From: an uncultured Clostridia bacterium
GTDB taxonomy: Bacteria; Bacillota; Clostridia; Christensenellales; UBA1242
Direction of reading: 5' to 3'
Assembly: GCA_944383415.1 (NCBI GenBank)
Contig: CALWPK010000006.1
Span: forward strand, 28,224 to 92,223
Length of the DNA: 64,000 nucleotides
Shown piece after piece: positions 29,307 through 39,141 of this stretch (positions are counted from its first letter, which is position 1; each line of letters starts with the position of its first letter). The notes under the pieces were generated by a model. That model searched no databases. It saw nothing but the letters and a program-made list of their open reading frames with translations, and had not been told where the DNA came from. The position numbers and the translations under genes were made by a program.

Positions 29307-30475
29307 AAACAAAGATAATAAAAAAAAGTCTAATTCTTTTATGTCTATTGCTGATGTCTTTTTTGCCAATTTCAAATCTTTGTTTGCAAAGAATTGAGAA
29401 CGTAAGTGCAAATTATATCCCAACTTCTAGTGCCAAAGGGATGTGTGTGATAGAAAAGGAAAGCGGAAGAGTGTTATACTCAAAAAATAAAGATCAAAAA
29501 CTCCACATGGCATCAACTACTAAGGTGGCAACCGCACTTACTGCAATTGAAAATTGTGATAATCTAGACGAGATGATTGTTGTAAATGAAAGATCGGTTG
29601 GAGTAGAGGGCACCTCTATATATTTAAGGAAAGATGAAGAAATCAAAGTTATTGATCTTTTGTATGGTTTAATGTTGAGGAGTGGAAACGATTCGGCTAC
29701 GGCTTTGGCATATCATATAGGAGGAAGTGTCGATGACTTTGCCAAAATGATGAACGAAACTGCAAAAAAGGCGGGAGCCAACAACTCAAATTTTGTCAAC
29801 CCTCACGGATTGGATGATCCAAATCATTATACGACCGCTTATGATCTAGCGAAAATCACTGCCTATGCTTTAAACAACCCAATATTTGCAAAGATAGTAT
29901 CTACCAAAAATTATGTTATAGAAGAGACAAATAAATCGGAAAAGAGATATCTGACTAATAAGAACAGACTATTGTCCAGTCTGGAAGGTTGTTGCGGGGT
30001 GAAGACGGGATTTACGAGCAAAGCAGGAAGATGTCTAGTCAGTGCTAGCAAAAGAAATGATTGCACTATTGTGTGTGTGGTTTTGAATTGCGGACCGATG
30101 TTCGAAGAAAGTAGTGCACTGATCAATTCGGCATTTGACGAGTTTGAATTTAAGAAAATAATAGACAAAGAAAAGGAAATCTATAATGAATATATATTGA
30201 GCGAGAAAGAGGGCAAATTGTATTTATACACTGATGAAGATTTCTGTTATCCGCTACGATCAGATGAGTTCAAAGATGTTAAGATAAACTATTCAGTTGA
30301 TCTAAAAGATGCAAAATCTGGAGACGAAGTGGGCAAAATTGATATTTTCTTCAAAAATGACTTGATTAAAAGTTTAAAATTGTATACAATGAATAAAATA
30401 GATAAGTTGCTAGACAACAAAACTTTACAAATCGAAGAAATTTTATGGGAAGAAAATATAGATGAGGATCAATAA
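29303..30475 (+). CDS. dacB: D-alanyl-D-alanine carboxypeptidase (S11 penicillin-binding protein)
   Basis: A signal peptide and the SxxK (STTK), SGN (RSGNDSA) and KTG (VKTGFT) motifs are present. Its position after scpAB matches B. subtilis dacB. Confidence 0.85.
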   Translation: MKTKIIKKSLILLCLLLMSFLPISNLCLQRIENVSANYIPTSSAKGMCVIEKESGRVLYSKNKDQKLHMASTTKVATALTAIENCDNLDEMIVVNERSVGVEGTSIYLRKDEEIKVIDLLYGLMLRSGNDSATALAYHIGGSVDDFAKMMNETAKKAGANNSNFVNPHGLDDPNHYTTAYDLAKITAYALNNPIFAKIVSTKNYVIEETNKSEKRYLTNKNRLLSSLEGCCGVKTGFTSKAGRCLVSASKRNDCTIVCVVLNCGPMFEESSALINSAFDEFEFKKIIDKEKEIYNEYILSEKEGKLYLYTDEDFCYPLRSDEFKDVKINYSVDLKDAKSGDEVGKIDIFFKNDLIKSLKLYTMNKIDKLLDNKTLQIEEILWEENIDEDQ

Positions 30476-31172
30476 ATATATTGCACAATGTGGTATTGCA
30501 AGCAGAAGAAAAGCAGAAGATATAATCAAATTGGGAAAGATTAAAGTGAATGGAAAAGTCACTACTGATTTGTCTACCGACATAAGAGACACAGACATCG
30601 TTTCAATAGATAACAAAACTATAAAGGTTGTGTCAAATTACGTTTATTATAAACTAAACAAACCCAAAGGGTATATTACGTCCACTTCTGACGACAAAGA
30701 TAGAAAGACAGTCATCAATTTAATGCGAGGGGTACATTATCGTGTTTTTCCTATAGGAAGGTTAGATTATGATACTGAAGGATTGCTCTTGCTCACAAAC
30801 GATGGAGATATTGCAAACATTTTGACCAAACCAAATAGTGAGGTCAAGAAAACATATGTTGTCCATATAGAAGGCTTTATTAATAAGGATGATATCAAGA
30901 AATTATCCTCAGGTGTAGATATAGGAGATTACATCACGAGACCTTGCAGTGTAGAGTTGATAGAGACTAATGAAACACAATCAAAATTAAAGGTGGCAAT
31001 CACTGAAGGCAAAAATAGACAAATTAGGAAAATGTTCTCGTCAATTGGTAAAGAAGTCACATTTTTAAGACGTATTCAAATAGGTGATATCAAACTTGGC
31101 GGACTGTCTAGAGGCGAATATGCGCCACTCAATCAAAAAGAAATTAGATATTTGAAATCATTGAAGAAGTAG
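30462..31172 (+). CDS. rluB: Pseudouridine synthase, RsuA/RluB family
   Basis: An S4 domain N-terminus (MRINKYIAQCGIASRRKAE) and the catalytic GRLDYDTEGLLLLTNDG motif are present. Confidence 0.9.
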   Translation: MRINKYIAQCGIASRRKAEDIIKLGKIKVNGKVTTDLSTDIRDTDIVSIDNKTIKVVSNYVYYKLNKPKGYITSTSDDKDRKTVINLMRGVHYRVFPIGRLDYDTEGLLLLTNDGDIANILTKPNSEVKKTYVVHIEGFINKDDIKKLSSGVDIGDYITRPCSVELIETNETQSKLKVAITEGKNRQIRKMFSSIGKEVTFLRRIQIGDIKLGGLSRGEYAPLNQKEIRYLKSLKK

Positions 31173-31188
31173 AGTATTCTACTTTTTT
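31168..31188 (+). terminator. Short intrinsic terminator after rluB
   Basis: AGTAGA pairs with TCTACT around the loop GTAT, followed by T6. The stop codon lies within the stem. Confidence 0.55.
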
Positions 31189-31259
31189 ATATACTTTCAA
31201 ATGAAAAATCAATTTTTTAATCGAAATTTTATATTATTTGACGATTTACTATTAAAAAA

Positions 31260-31288
31260 TTGCCAAACAAACGGAAAAGTGCTAGAAT
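31260..31288 (+). promoter_or_regulatory. Sigma-A promoter with extended -10, only 6 nt from the downstream ATG
   Basis: TTGCCA (31260-31265), a 17-nt spacer ending in TGc, then TAGAAT (31283-31288). The ATG is at 31295. Confidence 0.55.
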
Positions 31289-31294
31289 ATAATA

Positions 31295-32524
31295 ATGATG
31301 GATATTTATGATTGTATTATAATAGGTGGCGGTGCATCTGGTATGATGGCATCAATTTTTTCAGCAAAAAACGGATACAATACTCTACTATTGGAGCATA
31401 ATGAAAAATTAGGCAAAAAATTGTATATTACTGGCAAGGGTAGATGCAATTTGACAAACAATAGTTCAATAGAAAATCATCTTCAAAATATTGTGACTAA
31501 TAGCAAATTTATGTATTCAGCATTATACAATTTTCCACCAAATAAAGTAATGGAGTTTTTTTCTGACGCAGGATTGAGGCTGAAAACTGAGCGTGGCAAT
31601 AGGGTATTTCCATCAAGTGACAAATCTAGTGATGTAATCAATACTCTTATTGATCAAATGTATAATTATTCAGTAAAATACGAATTAAATACCGCAGTAG
31701 AGCGTGTAGAAAAAATTGACAAAATTTTCTATATCTATTGTAGAAATGGTATAATCTACACCACATATAGATTAATTGTCGCCAGTGGTGGAGTTTCATA
31801 TTCTGGTACTGGTGCCACGAAAATTGGCTATGATATAGCACGTCATTTTGGGCACAACATCATTAGACCAAAAAGTGCTCTATGTCCCATTGTGCTGAAA
31901 GAGCACACTGTAGCACTTAATGGATTGAGTTTGAAAAATGTTAGGCTAACTATTATTCTAAATAATGGTAAAGAGTTTAGCGAATTTGGTGAACTTTTGT
32001 TCACTTATACATCACTGAGTGGTCCAATAGCGTTGGCGCTCTCTAGTGAAATAAATAAATATAGTCTCAATAACGCGATCGCAAGAATTGATTTCAAGCC
32101 TGCGCTATCTTATGAAGAACTAGATATTAAATTCCAAAAAGAATTCAAAACTTTTGCCAAAAAAGATTTACGCAACTATATCAAAACTTTGCTACCAAAT
32201 AAATTTTGTGAATATTTCTTCGTGCGAACTGGGTTAAAAAATGAGAAATTGGCAGATCTTACCAAAGAAAATAGACAGCATATTATAAATTTGTTAAAAA
32301 AATTTGACTTTTCTATAAAATCATTAGATAATATAAATGTTGGTATAGTCACCTCAGGTGGTGTGGACGTAAAAGAGATCAATTCCAAGACTTGTGAAAG
32401 TAAATTGGTAGAGAATTTGTATTTTATCGGAGAGGTTTTGGATGTAGATGCCCTGACAGGAGGATATAATCTTCAGATAGCGTGGTCCACAGCATACCTA
32501 GCAGGTAATAACTTAAAAGGATAA
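31295..32524 (+). CDS. HI0933/BaiN-like NAD(P)/FAD-dependent oxidoreductase
   Basis: It has the IIIGGGASGMMAS dinucleotide-binding motif and is about 409 aa, the typical length for HI0933-like flavoproteins (B. subtilis YtfP type). Confidence 0.85.
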   Translation: MMDIYDCIIIGGGASGMMASIFSAKNGYNTLLLEHNEKLGKKLYITGKGRCNLTNNSSIENHLQNIVTNSKFMYSALYNFPPNKVMEFFSDAGLRLKTERGNRVFPSSDKSSDVINTLIDQMYNYSVKYELNTAVERVEKIDKIFYIYCRNGIIYTTYRLIVASGGVSYSGTGATKIGYDIARHFGHNIIRPKSALCPIVLKEHTVALNGLSLKNVRLTIILNNGKEFSEFGELLFTYTSLSGPIALALSSEINKYSLNNAIARIDFKPALSYEELDIKFQKEFKTFAKKDLRNYIKTLLPNKFCEYFFVRTGLKNEKLADLTKENRQHIINLLKKFDFSIKSLDNINVGIVTSGGVDVKEINSKTCESKLVENLYFIGEVLDVDALTGGYNLQIAWSTAYLAGNNLKG

Positions 32525-32530
32525 ATTTCT

Positions 32531-33145
32531 ATGCTTTTTTATATTGCAATTACATTGATTATGATACCGTGCTTGATTCTTTTTCCTATCAAAAAGATAG
32601 GCAAAAAACATTTGAAGCAACTGAAGGGCAAGAATTTCATAATTTCTTGCAATCATACTTCGAATCTTGATCCAGTGATGATTGACATTACTTTTAATAA
32701 AAAGCATAGGATCTTGGCGAAAAAAGAATTGTTCAAAAACAAGTTCATTTCCGCTTGTTTAAAGAGTCTCGGTGCTGTACCTGTAGATAGGTCACAAGCC
32801 GATCCTCGAGCGGTGAAAGAGATCCTTTCTCTACTGAAAAAGAATAAACCTATTTTAATTTTTCCACAAGGAACTAGGGCAAAAACTGTTAATATCGAAG
32901 AGGGAGGGGCAAAAGAAGGCGTAGCATTATTTTCTCTACGTACAAACACGCCAGTTGTGCCTATGATGTTTACGCGAAAAATTAAAATATTTAGACGTAC
33001 AAAACTTATAATAGGTGAACCAATTTATCCTGATATCACTAGGAAAAAAGATAAAGAATATCTAGATGAATATGCCAACTTGATTATATCTAAAATGAAC
33101 GATTTATTAAAGGAGAATTCACCTAATGAGAATGAAAGATTTTAA
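32531..33145 (+). CDS. plsC: 1-acyl-sn-glycerol-3-phosphate acyltransferase
   Basis: The HX4D motif (NHTSNLD) and the FPQGTR motif are present. Confidence 0.88.
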   Translation: MLFYIAITLIMIPCLILFPIKKIGKKHLKQLKGKNFIISCNHTSNLDPVMIDITFNKKHRILAKKELFKNKFISACLKSLGAVPVDRSQADPRAVKEILSLLKKNKPILIFPQGTRAKTVNIEEGGAKEGVALFSLRTNTPVVPMMFTRKIKIFRRTKLIIGEPIYPDITRKKDKEYLDEYANLIISKMNDLLKENSPNENERF

Positions 33146-34136
33146 TATTAATATGACTCAGTATAATCGCGGAGATATCATTACTGGCACCATTGTTATG
33201 ATTGGAGCAAAAGAGGTGGTTGTTGCACTAGGTGGGCTAAAAGAAGGAGTTTTCCCACGTGAAGAACTTGATTCAGCATTTAAAATTGGCGATGCGATTT
33301 TAGTAATGGTTACGGGTGAGATTGACGATAAGGGCTGTCTGGTACTTACTCATTCTGGAGTAAATAAAGCGCTTGAGGACAAAGAAAAATTGAAAAATTT
33401 AAAAGTTGGAAGCGAATTGAATTTCAAAATCTCAGATGTCAATACTAGTGGGATACTAGGAGAATTTATGGGATACAGAGTATTTTTGCCATACTCTCAA
33501 TGTGCTACAAAAGATTTTCTCAACAAAGATAGTTTGATCAATCGAGAAATTACTGCTATAGTGATCGAATTGAATAATATAAAAAAATCAATTGTATGTA
33601 GTACAAAGTTATTGGAAGAAAATCAAACGGTTCCAGTTCAGATCAATGAAATTTTGAATGGAACAGTGATAAAATTGGAAGATAAATATGCTATAGTCCT
33701 GTTGGGCAATGGTGCAAAAGCAAAATTATCAATCTCTGAGGCCTCATACGAACATATCAATAGTTTGAAAGATATCGTAGAACTCAACAAAAGTTACGAT
33801 TTCAAAGTGTTAGACACAAACGGCGATTATTCTAGGATAAGCGTAGGTTTGAAGCAGTTGAAAGAAAATCCATTAGATATTCAATTTAATCAATTAAATA
33901 TTGGAGATGAAGTTTCAGGTCAGGTGGTCAAAATTCTGCCTGTCGGAGCGGTTGTAAAATTGGATAACGGATTGACCGCTCTTGCAATCACGAAAGAGAA
34001 TAGCGATAGAGCGAATATAGCCACTCATCATATATATAAATTGAATAGTAGAGTCAATGGAATTATCTCTAAAATAAATAGAGAAAATCATAAAATAAAT
34101 ATTTTGACAAATATTAAAAAAGACAACAACAGATAA
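33126..34136 (+). CDS. S1 RNA-binding domain protein (short ribosomal protein S1 homologue, YpfD-like)
   Basis: Repeated S1-type segments are present (GDIITGTIV.., GSELNFKISDV.., ILNGTVIKL.., GDEVSGQVVKILPVGAVVKL). Confidence 0.7.
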   Translation: MRMKDFNINMTQYNRGDIITGTIVMIGAKEVVVALGGLKEGVFPREELDSAFKIGDAILVMVTGEIDDKGCLVLTHSGVNKALEDKEKLKNLKVGSELNFKISDVNTSGILGEFMGYRVFLPYSQCATKDFLNKDSLINREITAIVIELNNIKKSIVCSTKLLEENQTVPVQINEILNGTVIKLEDKYAIVLLGNGAKAKLSISEASYEHINSLKDIVELNKSYDFKVLDTNGDYSRISVGLKQLKENPLDIQFNQLNIGDEVSGQVVKILPVGAVVKLDNGLTALAITKENSDRANIATHHIYKLNSRVNGIISKINRENHKINILTNIKKDNNR

Positions 34137-34562
34137 TGGATAATGATAATATTATGATATTCTGAATAAATAAAATTTGATGCATTTAATAGATGCACCA
34201 TAGTTTATATACATACAAATAAATTTTTTAACATTTCATTAAGAATAATGAAATCATTTTTGGTTATAATATTTATCTTAAAATTATTTATTTTACTATC
34301 AATATTAAGACCAATAGATTCAAATTAGAATTTGAAATCGAAATATAAACATAATCATTATTAAATGAAAATATATATATTCAGATGTTTTGCTTTATTA
34401 TTAATTATTTTAGCACATCAGACTAGTTATGAGATGATGAAATTAACTATATAAAACAAAAAATCTGCTAAAATTATCATATTTTTACGAAAATTTAAAA
34501 TATTTTTTACATTTTTCGACAAAATATTTGTAAAATTTTTCCAATTTTTATATTATTTTTCC

Positions 34563-35753
34563 GTGTCTAAAAAGACAGTTACGTTCTCAATATATTGCAT
34601 TTTGATAATAACCGTGTTAGTGTTATTCCTCGTTTTCTTTTCTATCAACTCAGCAAGTGCTACAGAGGAAAATAATTCTCAATCTAGCACTCAAGTTTCA
34701 GAAGATGAACAAGTTGGTTTACCCGACATAGACGATACAGATGAGGACGAGCCAAGTATTGATGATTTGCCAGATGATTCAACGGATGAACCTAATGATC
34801 CTCCAATAGATTCGGATGAAACGGACGATAATGATTCAACATCAGATGTTGAGGATGAAACAAACGACAATCAGCCATCTATAGACGTCGATGACGAGAC
34901 GAACAGTGATCCACCAACGGACATTGAAGACGATATAACCTATGCCACAACTCTCACATTAAAATGTCCAAGAAGTATAACTATCACTTTATCTAAATCT
35001 GTATCTCTGATTGGTGATTATATTTTGATTCGACCAGCAGATAGCGTCAGATATTTGACATATACAATCTCGGGCAAATATGGGAGCGAACCATCAGGAA
35101 TTACATTTTCAGATAATATCATCACAGCAAAAGAAGTGGGTACATATTATATCGAATTTACTGTTCCCAAATCTAACGGTCATTATCTCACAGACGGGAT
35201 ACAGGTGTCTGTAGTCGATATTGAAAATACCAACATAGTTCAAGTCACCACCACTTTATATATTGGTTCAGAATATAGTTTGAGTGAAGTATTTGAGTGT
35301 AATACTAAAACCGATATAAAGATTACAGTTGTCGATACAAATTTATTAAAGTATGGAAATCGGACATTTACGCCAATATCTGAAGGTGAGGCAAGGATTG
35401 AGATAAGTCTAATTTATGATTATGTTAAATACAATTATTGTTATTCTTTGGCGATTGAACCAAAGCCTCTACCGCCAGAATATACAATAGAGATATATGA
35501 TCTAGATCGGGATTTAATAGAATTGACTATCGATACATACTATTTCATACAATATAATGTGATAGACAAAAATGGTGTAACCGCTCAACAGAAAATCAAA
35601 GTGACAAGTTCGAATGCTGAAATTGTCGAAGTTATAAGTATAGACCATCCTCTTATTTTGATAAAAAGCGAACAAAAAGGCGAGGTGATTTTGACTTTGA
35701 CTTGCCTGTCAGATGAAAGCATAACCAAAGAGTTAAAGATAATTGTTAAATAA
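34563..35753 (+). CDS. Secreted protein with an Asp/Glu-rich spacer followed by Ig-like (Big_2-like) domains
   Basis: The signal peptide ends SINSASA. An ~85-aa acidic region carries reiterated D-x-P-S/P-I-D motifs. Beta-rich segments follow (ITAKEVGTYYIEFTV, ISEGEARIEISL, KGEVILTLTC). The GTG start has no recognisable SD. Confidence 0.65.
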   Translation: MSKKTVTFSIYCILIITVLVLFLVFFSINSASATEENNSQSSTQVSEDEQVGLPDIDDTDEDEPSIDDLPDDSTDEPNDPPIDSDETDDNDSTSDVEDETNDNQPSIDVDDETNSDPPTDIEDDITYATTLTLKCPRSITITLSKSVSLIGDYILIRPADSVRYLTYTISGKYGSEPSGITFSDNIITAKEVGTYYIEFTVPKSNGHYLTDGIQVSVVDIENTNIVQVTTTLYIGSEYSLSEVFECNTKTDIKITVVDTNLLKYGNRTFTPISEGEARIEISLIYDYVKYNYCYSLAIEPKPLPPEYTIEIYDLDRDLIELTIDTYYFIQYNVIDKNGVTAQQKIKVTSSNAEIVEVISIDHPLILIKSEQKGEVILTLTCLSDESITKELKIIVK

Positions 35754-36021
35754 AGTTATTCTGTAGATATGGCGTTAAAAATACTTTGTCTCAATGTTTT
35801 ATGACCTTTTTCATTGTTTGGTAGCATAGATAAATTAATTATTGTACACATATTAAATATATTAAAATCCGATATAATCAATAGTCGGAGAAATAAGTAT
35901 TTAAAATTTTGCATTGGCAAATTTTTCAAATTGAATCAAATAAATTTATTTAATTTAATAAAATTTTTAAAATTACTACGAAACAATTTACAAAAATTAT
36001 CGTTTTTGTTAAACTAAAAAT

Positions 36022-36453
36022 ATGAAGGCAATGGGGATTGATTTTGGACTAGCACGCATAGGTATAGCACTTTCGGATGAAACTAAATTTTTAGCATCAC
36101 CATACATCACATACAAAAGGAAGAATGAAAAAGAAGATATAGATTTTTTTATTGATCTAATCAATCATCAAAATGTCGATGAAATAATCTGCGGGCTACC
36201 TCTCAATATGCAGGGCGAAGAACAACATATTGCAAGATTGACACGCGAATTTATTCGGAAACTTTCAGACTCTCTAGATCAGCATCCAAATCAAAAAAAG
36301 GTTAAAATCGAATTTGTAGATGAAAGGATGTCATCCATCATTGCAGACGACATTTTGAAAAACACGATCAAAGATTGGAAAAAACGAAAAGAAAAACTAG
36401 ATAGTGTGTCCGCATCAATCATATTGCAAGATTATTTAGATTTAAGGAGATAA
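36022..36453 (+). CDS. ruvX: Putative pre-16S rRNA nuclease / Holliday junction resolvase-like YqgF
   Basis: MGIDFGLARIGIALSD and GLPLNMQGEE are YqgF motifs. Confidence 0.92.
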   Translation: MKAMGIDFGLARIGIALSDETKFLASPYITYKRKNEKEDIDFFIDLINHQNVDEIICGLPLNMQGEEQHIARLTREFIRKLSDSLDQHPNQKKVKIEFVDERMSSIIADDILKNTIKDWKKRKEKLDSVSASIILQDYLDLRR

Positions 36454-36454
36454 A

Positions 36455-36796
36455 ATGGAAAAAATAAAACAAGAAAGCAAATCTATGAAAAAGAAATCAA
36501 AGGATCCTATCGCTCAGATTCTAGACGAGGATAATACAGAAAATATTTTTTATCCAGATGTAAACAATGTGCCTATCGAATTTGAGCAAGTGGCGCTTAT
36601 CCCTCTAGACAGCACGGGGAAATTATATACTATTTTAATACCTGTCACCCCTATGGAAAATGTGGAAGAGGGAGAAGGCGTTTTGTTTGAAGTGGATGAG
36701 GAGGACAGGAAGTTAATTCCAATAAACGACAACAAAATAATAGATGAGGTATTGGAAATCTATCAAAAGTTGATTGATGAGGGCTCAGCAAATTAA
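36455..36796 (+). CDS. DUF1292 family protein (YrzB-like)
   Basis: It directly follows ruvX as in Bacillus (yrrK-yrzB). It is an acidic ~110-aa protein with the YTILIPV...VLFEVDEED pattern. Confidence 0.75.
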   Translation: MEKIKQESKSMKKKSKDPIAQILDEDNTENIFYPDVNNVPIEFEQVALIPLDSTGKLYTILIPVTPMENVEEGEGVLFEVDEEDRKLIPINDNKIIDEVLEIYQKLIDEGSAN

Positions 36797-36891
36797 TTTT
36801 GGATATTTACTCAAATTTTTAAATTATATCCTCAAATATTGCAATTAAGATAAATAAAATGACTTAAATATTAAAAATTTAAAGTTTTTTA

Positions 36892-36920
36892 TTGACAAAA
36901 ACTATAAAACTTGCTACACT
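36892..36920 (+). promoter_or_regulatory. Sigma-A promoter of rpsB-tsf
   Basis: TTGACA (36892-36897), a 17-nt spacer, then TACACT (36915-36920). A ~100-nt leader follows. Confidence 0.65.
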
Positions 36921-37024
36921 AAGTCCGTTCAAAGAATAGCACCTATTATGATTGCTAGTCTGTTGCCTTTATGGTTTATAGCAAAATGAGTAATAGGGAA
37001 GAAGACAAACAGGAGGTTAATTTT

Positions 37025-37873
37025 ATGTCAGTTATTTCAATGAAACAATTATTAGAAGCGGGTTGCCATTTTGGTCATCAGACTAGGAAATGGAATCCAA
37101 AGATGAAGAAGTTTATCTTCACGGATAGGAATGATATCCACATTATCAATCTTGAAGATACTTCCAAAAAGATAGATGAGGCTTATGTATTCATCAAAGA
37201 GAAAGTGCTTGCAGGCGCGAATGTATTGTTCATCGGCACGAAGAAACAAGCGAGCGAGACGGTCAAACAAGAGGCTGAAAGGTCTGGTATGTTCTATGTG
37301 AACACCCGTTGGCTCGGCGGTACTCTCACCAATTTCTCAACGATCAGAAAGAGAATCGATAGAATGAACAAATTGAACAATATGGAAACTTTAGGCGACT
37401 TTGATTTGCTTCCTAAAAAAGAGGTCATCAAATTGAAAGCCGAGAGAGACAAATTGGCAAACAATTTGACAGGTATCAAAGATATGACATCTCTTCCAGG
37501 ACTTATCATTTTGGTTGATCCGCACACAGAGCATATTGCAGTGAAGGAAGCGAAGAAACTGCACATTCCTACAGTTGGAATTGTTGACACGAACAGCGAT
37601 CCAGATGATGTAGATTATTGCATTCCAGCCAACGATGATGCGATTGGTTCAGTCAAGTTGATTTTAAGCGCACTCACAGATGCTATTTTGGAGGCAAAGG
37701 GTGGCGTCATTCTTCACGATCCTAATGCTGAAGACGAAGATGTATCTATGGAGGCTATGGTAAGTGGCGAGATCGTGAAAGACGAAGACAAGCCAGAAGA
37801 GAAGAAAAGACCCGTAAGAGCGAAGAAAGATAAGAAAGTCGAATCAGCCGAAGAGACTTCAAGCGAAGAGTAA
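37025..37873 (+). CDS. rpsB: 30S ribosomal protein S2 (with a charged C-terminal extension)
   Basis: [27 protein letters not shown] is present. The ATG at 37025 follows AGGAGG, and the track start at 36971 lies in the leader. Confidence 0.97.
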   Translation: MSVISMKQLLEAGCHFGHQTRKWNPKMKKFIFTDRNDIHIINLEDTSKKIDEAYVFIKEKVLAGANVLFIGTKKQASETVKQEAERSGMFYVNTRWLGGTLTNFSTIRKRIDRMNKLNNMETLGDFDLLPKKEVIKLKAERDKLANNLTGIKDMTSLPGLIILVDPHTEHIAVKEAKKLHIPTVGIVDTNSDPDDVDYCIPANDDAIGSVKLILSALTDAILEAKGGVILHDPNAEDEDVSMEAMVSGEIVKDEDKPEEKKRPVRAKKDKKVESAEETSSEE

Positions 37874-38141
37874 TAGAAAATAGAAGATTATGTGAGTGAT
37901 TGAAATTGTTGGAATAATAGCATCTATATTAGTATAGATATCAATGTGTTTCAATTCTACCTCATATAAAGGTTCTCTTTTGATGCGGACGTTCAATTTG
38001 GTAGCGTTATACTTATAGTTTATGGTTCATTGATACGAGCGTTTAGTGATATTTTAAATGGTGTGCTAGTATTGGTGAATATTTACTATCTAATAGATTT
38101 AATAGTTAAAATTCAAAAATAAAATAAATAAGGAGTAATTT

Positions 38142-38801
38142 ATGAACATTACAGCAAAAGATGTCGCTCAATTGCGCGATATGACTGGTGCAGGAATGAT
38201 GGATTGCAAAAAGGCATTGGTAGACGCCGATGGCAATATGGATAAGGCTGTCGAACTTCTACGCGAAAGAGGAGTTGCTAAGGCTGCCAAGAAAGAGGGC
38301 AGAATCGCAGCCGAAGGATTCATTGACTCTTATGTGCACGGTGGCGGAAGTTTTGCTTCCCTTGTTGAAATCAACACAGAGACAGATTTTGCGGCAAAAA
38401 ATGAAGAATTGAGAGAGTTTGCTCACAATATTGCGATGCAGGTTGTAGCATCACGTCCTATTTGTGTGAATATTGATGAGGTTCCACAAGACAAAATCGA
38501 TGCAGAACGCAATATCTATCGTGTTCAACTTTTGAATGAAGGCAAACCTGAGGCAATGGTAGACAAAATCGTCGATGGCAAGATCAACAAATATTATGAA
38601 GAAGTCGTTTTGATGGAGCAACCTTATATTAGAGACGATTCAGGCAAGAAAAAGGTCAAAGACGTTTTGACTGAATTAGTTGCTAAAATCGGTGAGAAAA
38701 TCACTATCAGACGTTTCTATATGATGACAATGGGTGAAGGACTTACCAAGCGTAATGACGACTTTGCGGCAGAAGTTGCGGCTCAGACCAAAACAAAATA
38801 G
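38142..38801 (+). CDS. tsf: Translation elongation factor Ts (short form)
   Basis: ITAKDVAQLRDMTGAGMMDCKKAL and the LVEINTETDFAAKN motif are present. Confidence 0.96.
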   Translation: MNITAKDVAQLRDMTGAGMMDCKKALVDADGNMDKAVELLRERGVAKAAKKEGRIAAEGFIDSYVHGGGSFASLVEINTETDFAAKNEELREFAHNIAMQVVASRPICVNIDEVPQDKIDAERNIYRVQLLNEGKPEAMVDKIVDGKINKYYEEVVLMEQPYIRDDSGKKKVKDVLTELVAKIGEKITIRRFYMMTMGEGLTKRNDDFAAEVAAQTKTK

Positions 38802-38827
38802 TATATCAACCTTTTTGATGTTTAATG

Positions 38828-38860
38828 AAACTTTTGAGTTTTTGCTCAGAAGTTTTTTTT
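38828..38860 (+). terminator. Intrinsic terminator after tsf
   Basis: An 11-bp stem pairs AAACTTTTGAG with CTCAGAAGTTT (one G-U pair), followed by T8. Confidence 0.85.
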
Positions 38861-39109
38861 GTTGATATTAATGGAAATTTTTGATTTTTTCTTAATAATT
38901 TATAATAACCTATTCTTAGGATAATTTTACGAAAAATTTAATTTTATCAATATATTTCATTGAATAAATAGTATGATGAGATAGACTATTTTTTTCGTTT
39001 TTATGAATGAAAACCAGCGGAATTTACCTATTTCCCCCCTCAGATAGCAGATATTTATATAAATATATGAAAATTTATATAAAATTTTCGTATGGCATAT
39101 TGAATTTAC

Positions 39110-39141
39110 TTGACAAGGCTAGGGGGGGGGGGCATTAGAAT
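39110..39141 (+). promoter_or_regulatory. Candidate promoter of the surface-protein gene, with a G11 tract in the spacer
   Basis: TTGACA (39110-39115), a 20-nt spacer containing G11, then TAGAAT (39136-39141). An alternative -10, TATAAT, lies at 39149-39154. The SD AAGGAG lies at 39182-39187. Confidence 0.5.
39122..39132. repeat. Homopolymeric G11 tract
   Basis: Read directly from the sequence: A GGGGGGGGGGG C. It is the longest G/C run seen in the window. Confidence 0.99.

Noticed and set aside
35814-36017. A 67-aa + strand ORF upstream of ruvX.
   Set aside because: It starts with TTG, has no SD, is extremely AT-rich, and has the Lys/Ile/Asn/Phe composition typical of random AT-rich frames.
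39036-39132. The C6 (39036-39041) ...CTCAG and CTAG... G11 segments read as inverted repeats flanking an invertible promoter segment.
   Set aside because: The complementarity is only about 9-10 nt and imperfect, the enclosed segment is only about 75 bp, and no recombinase gene is nearby. Slipped-strand variation of the G tract is the simpler reading.
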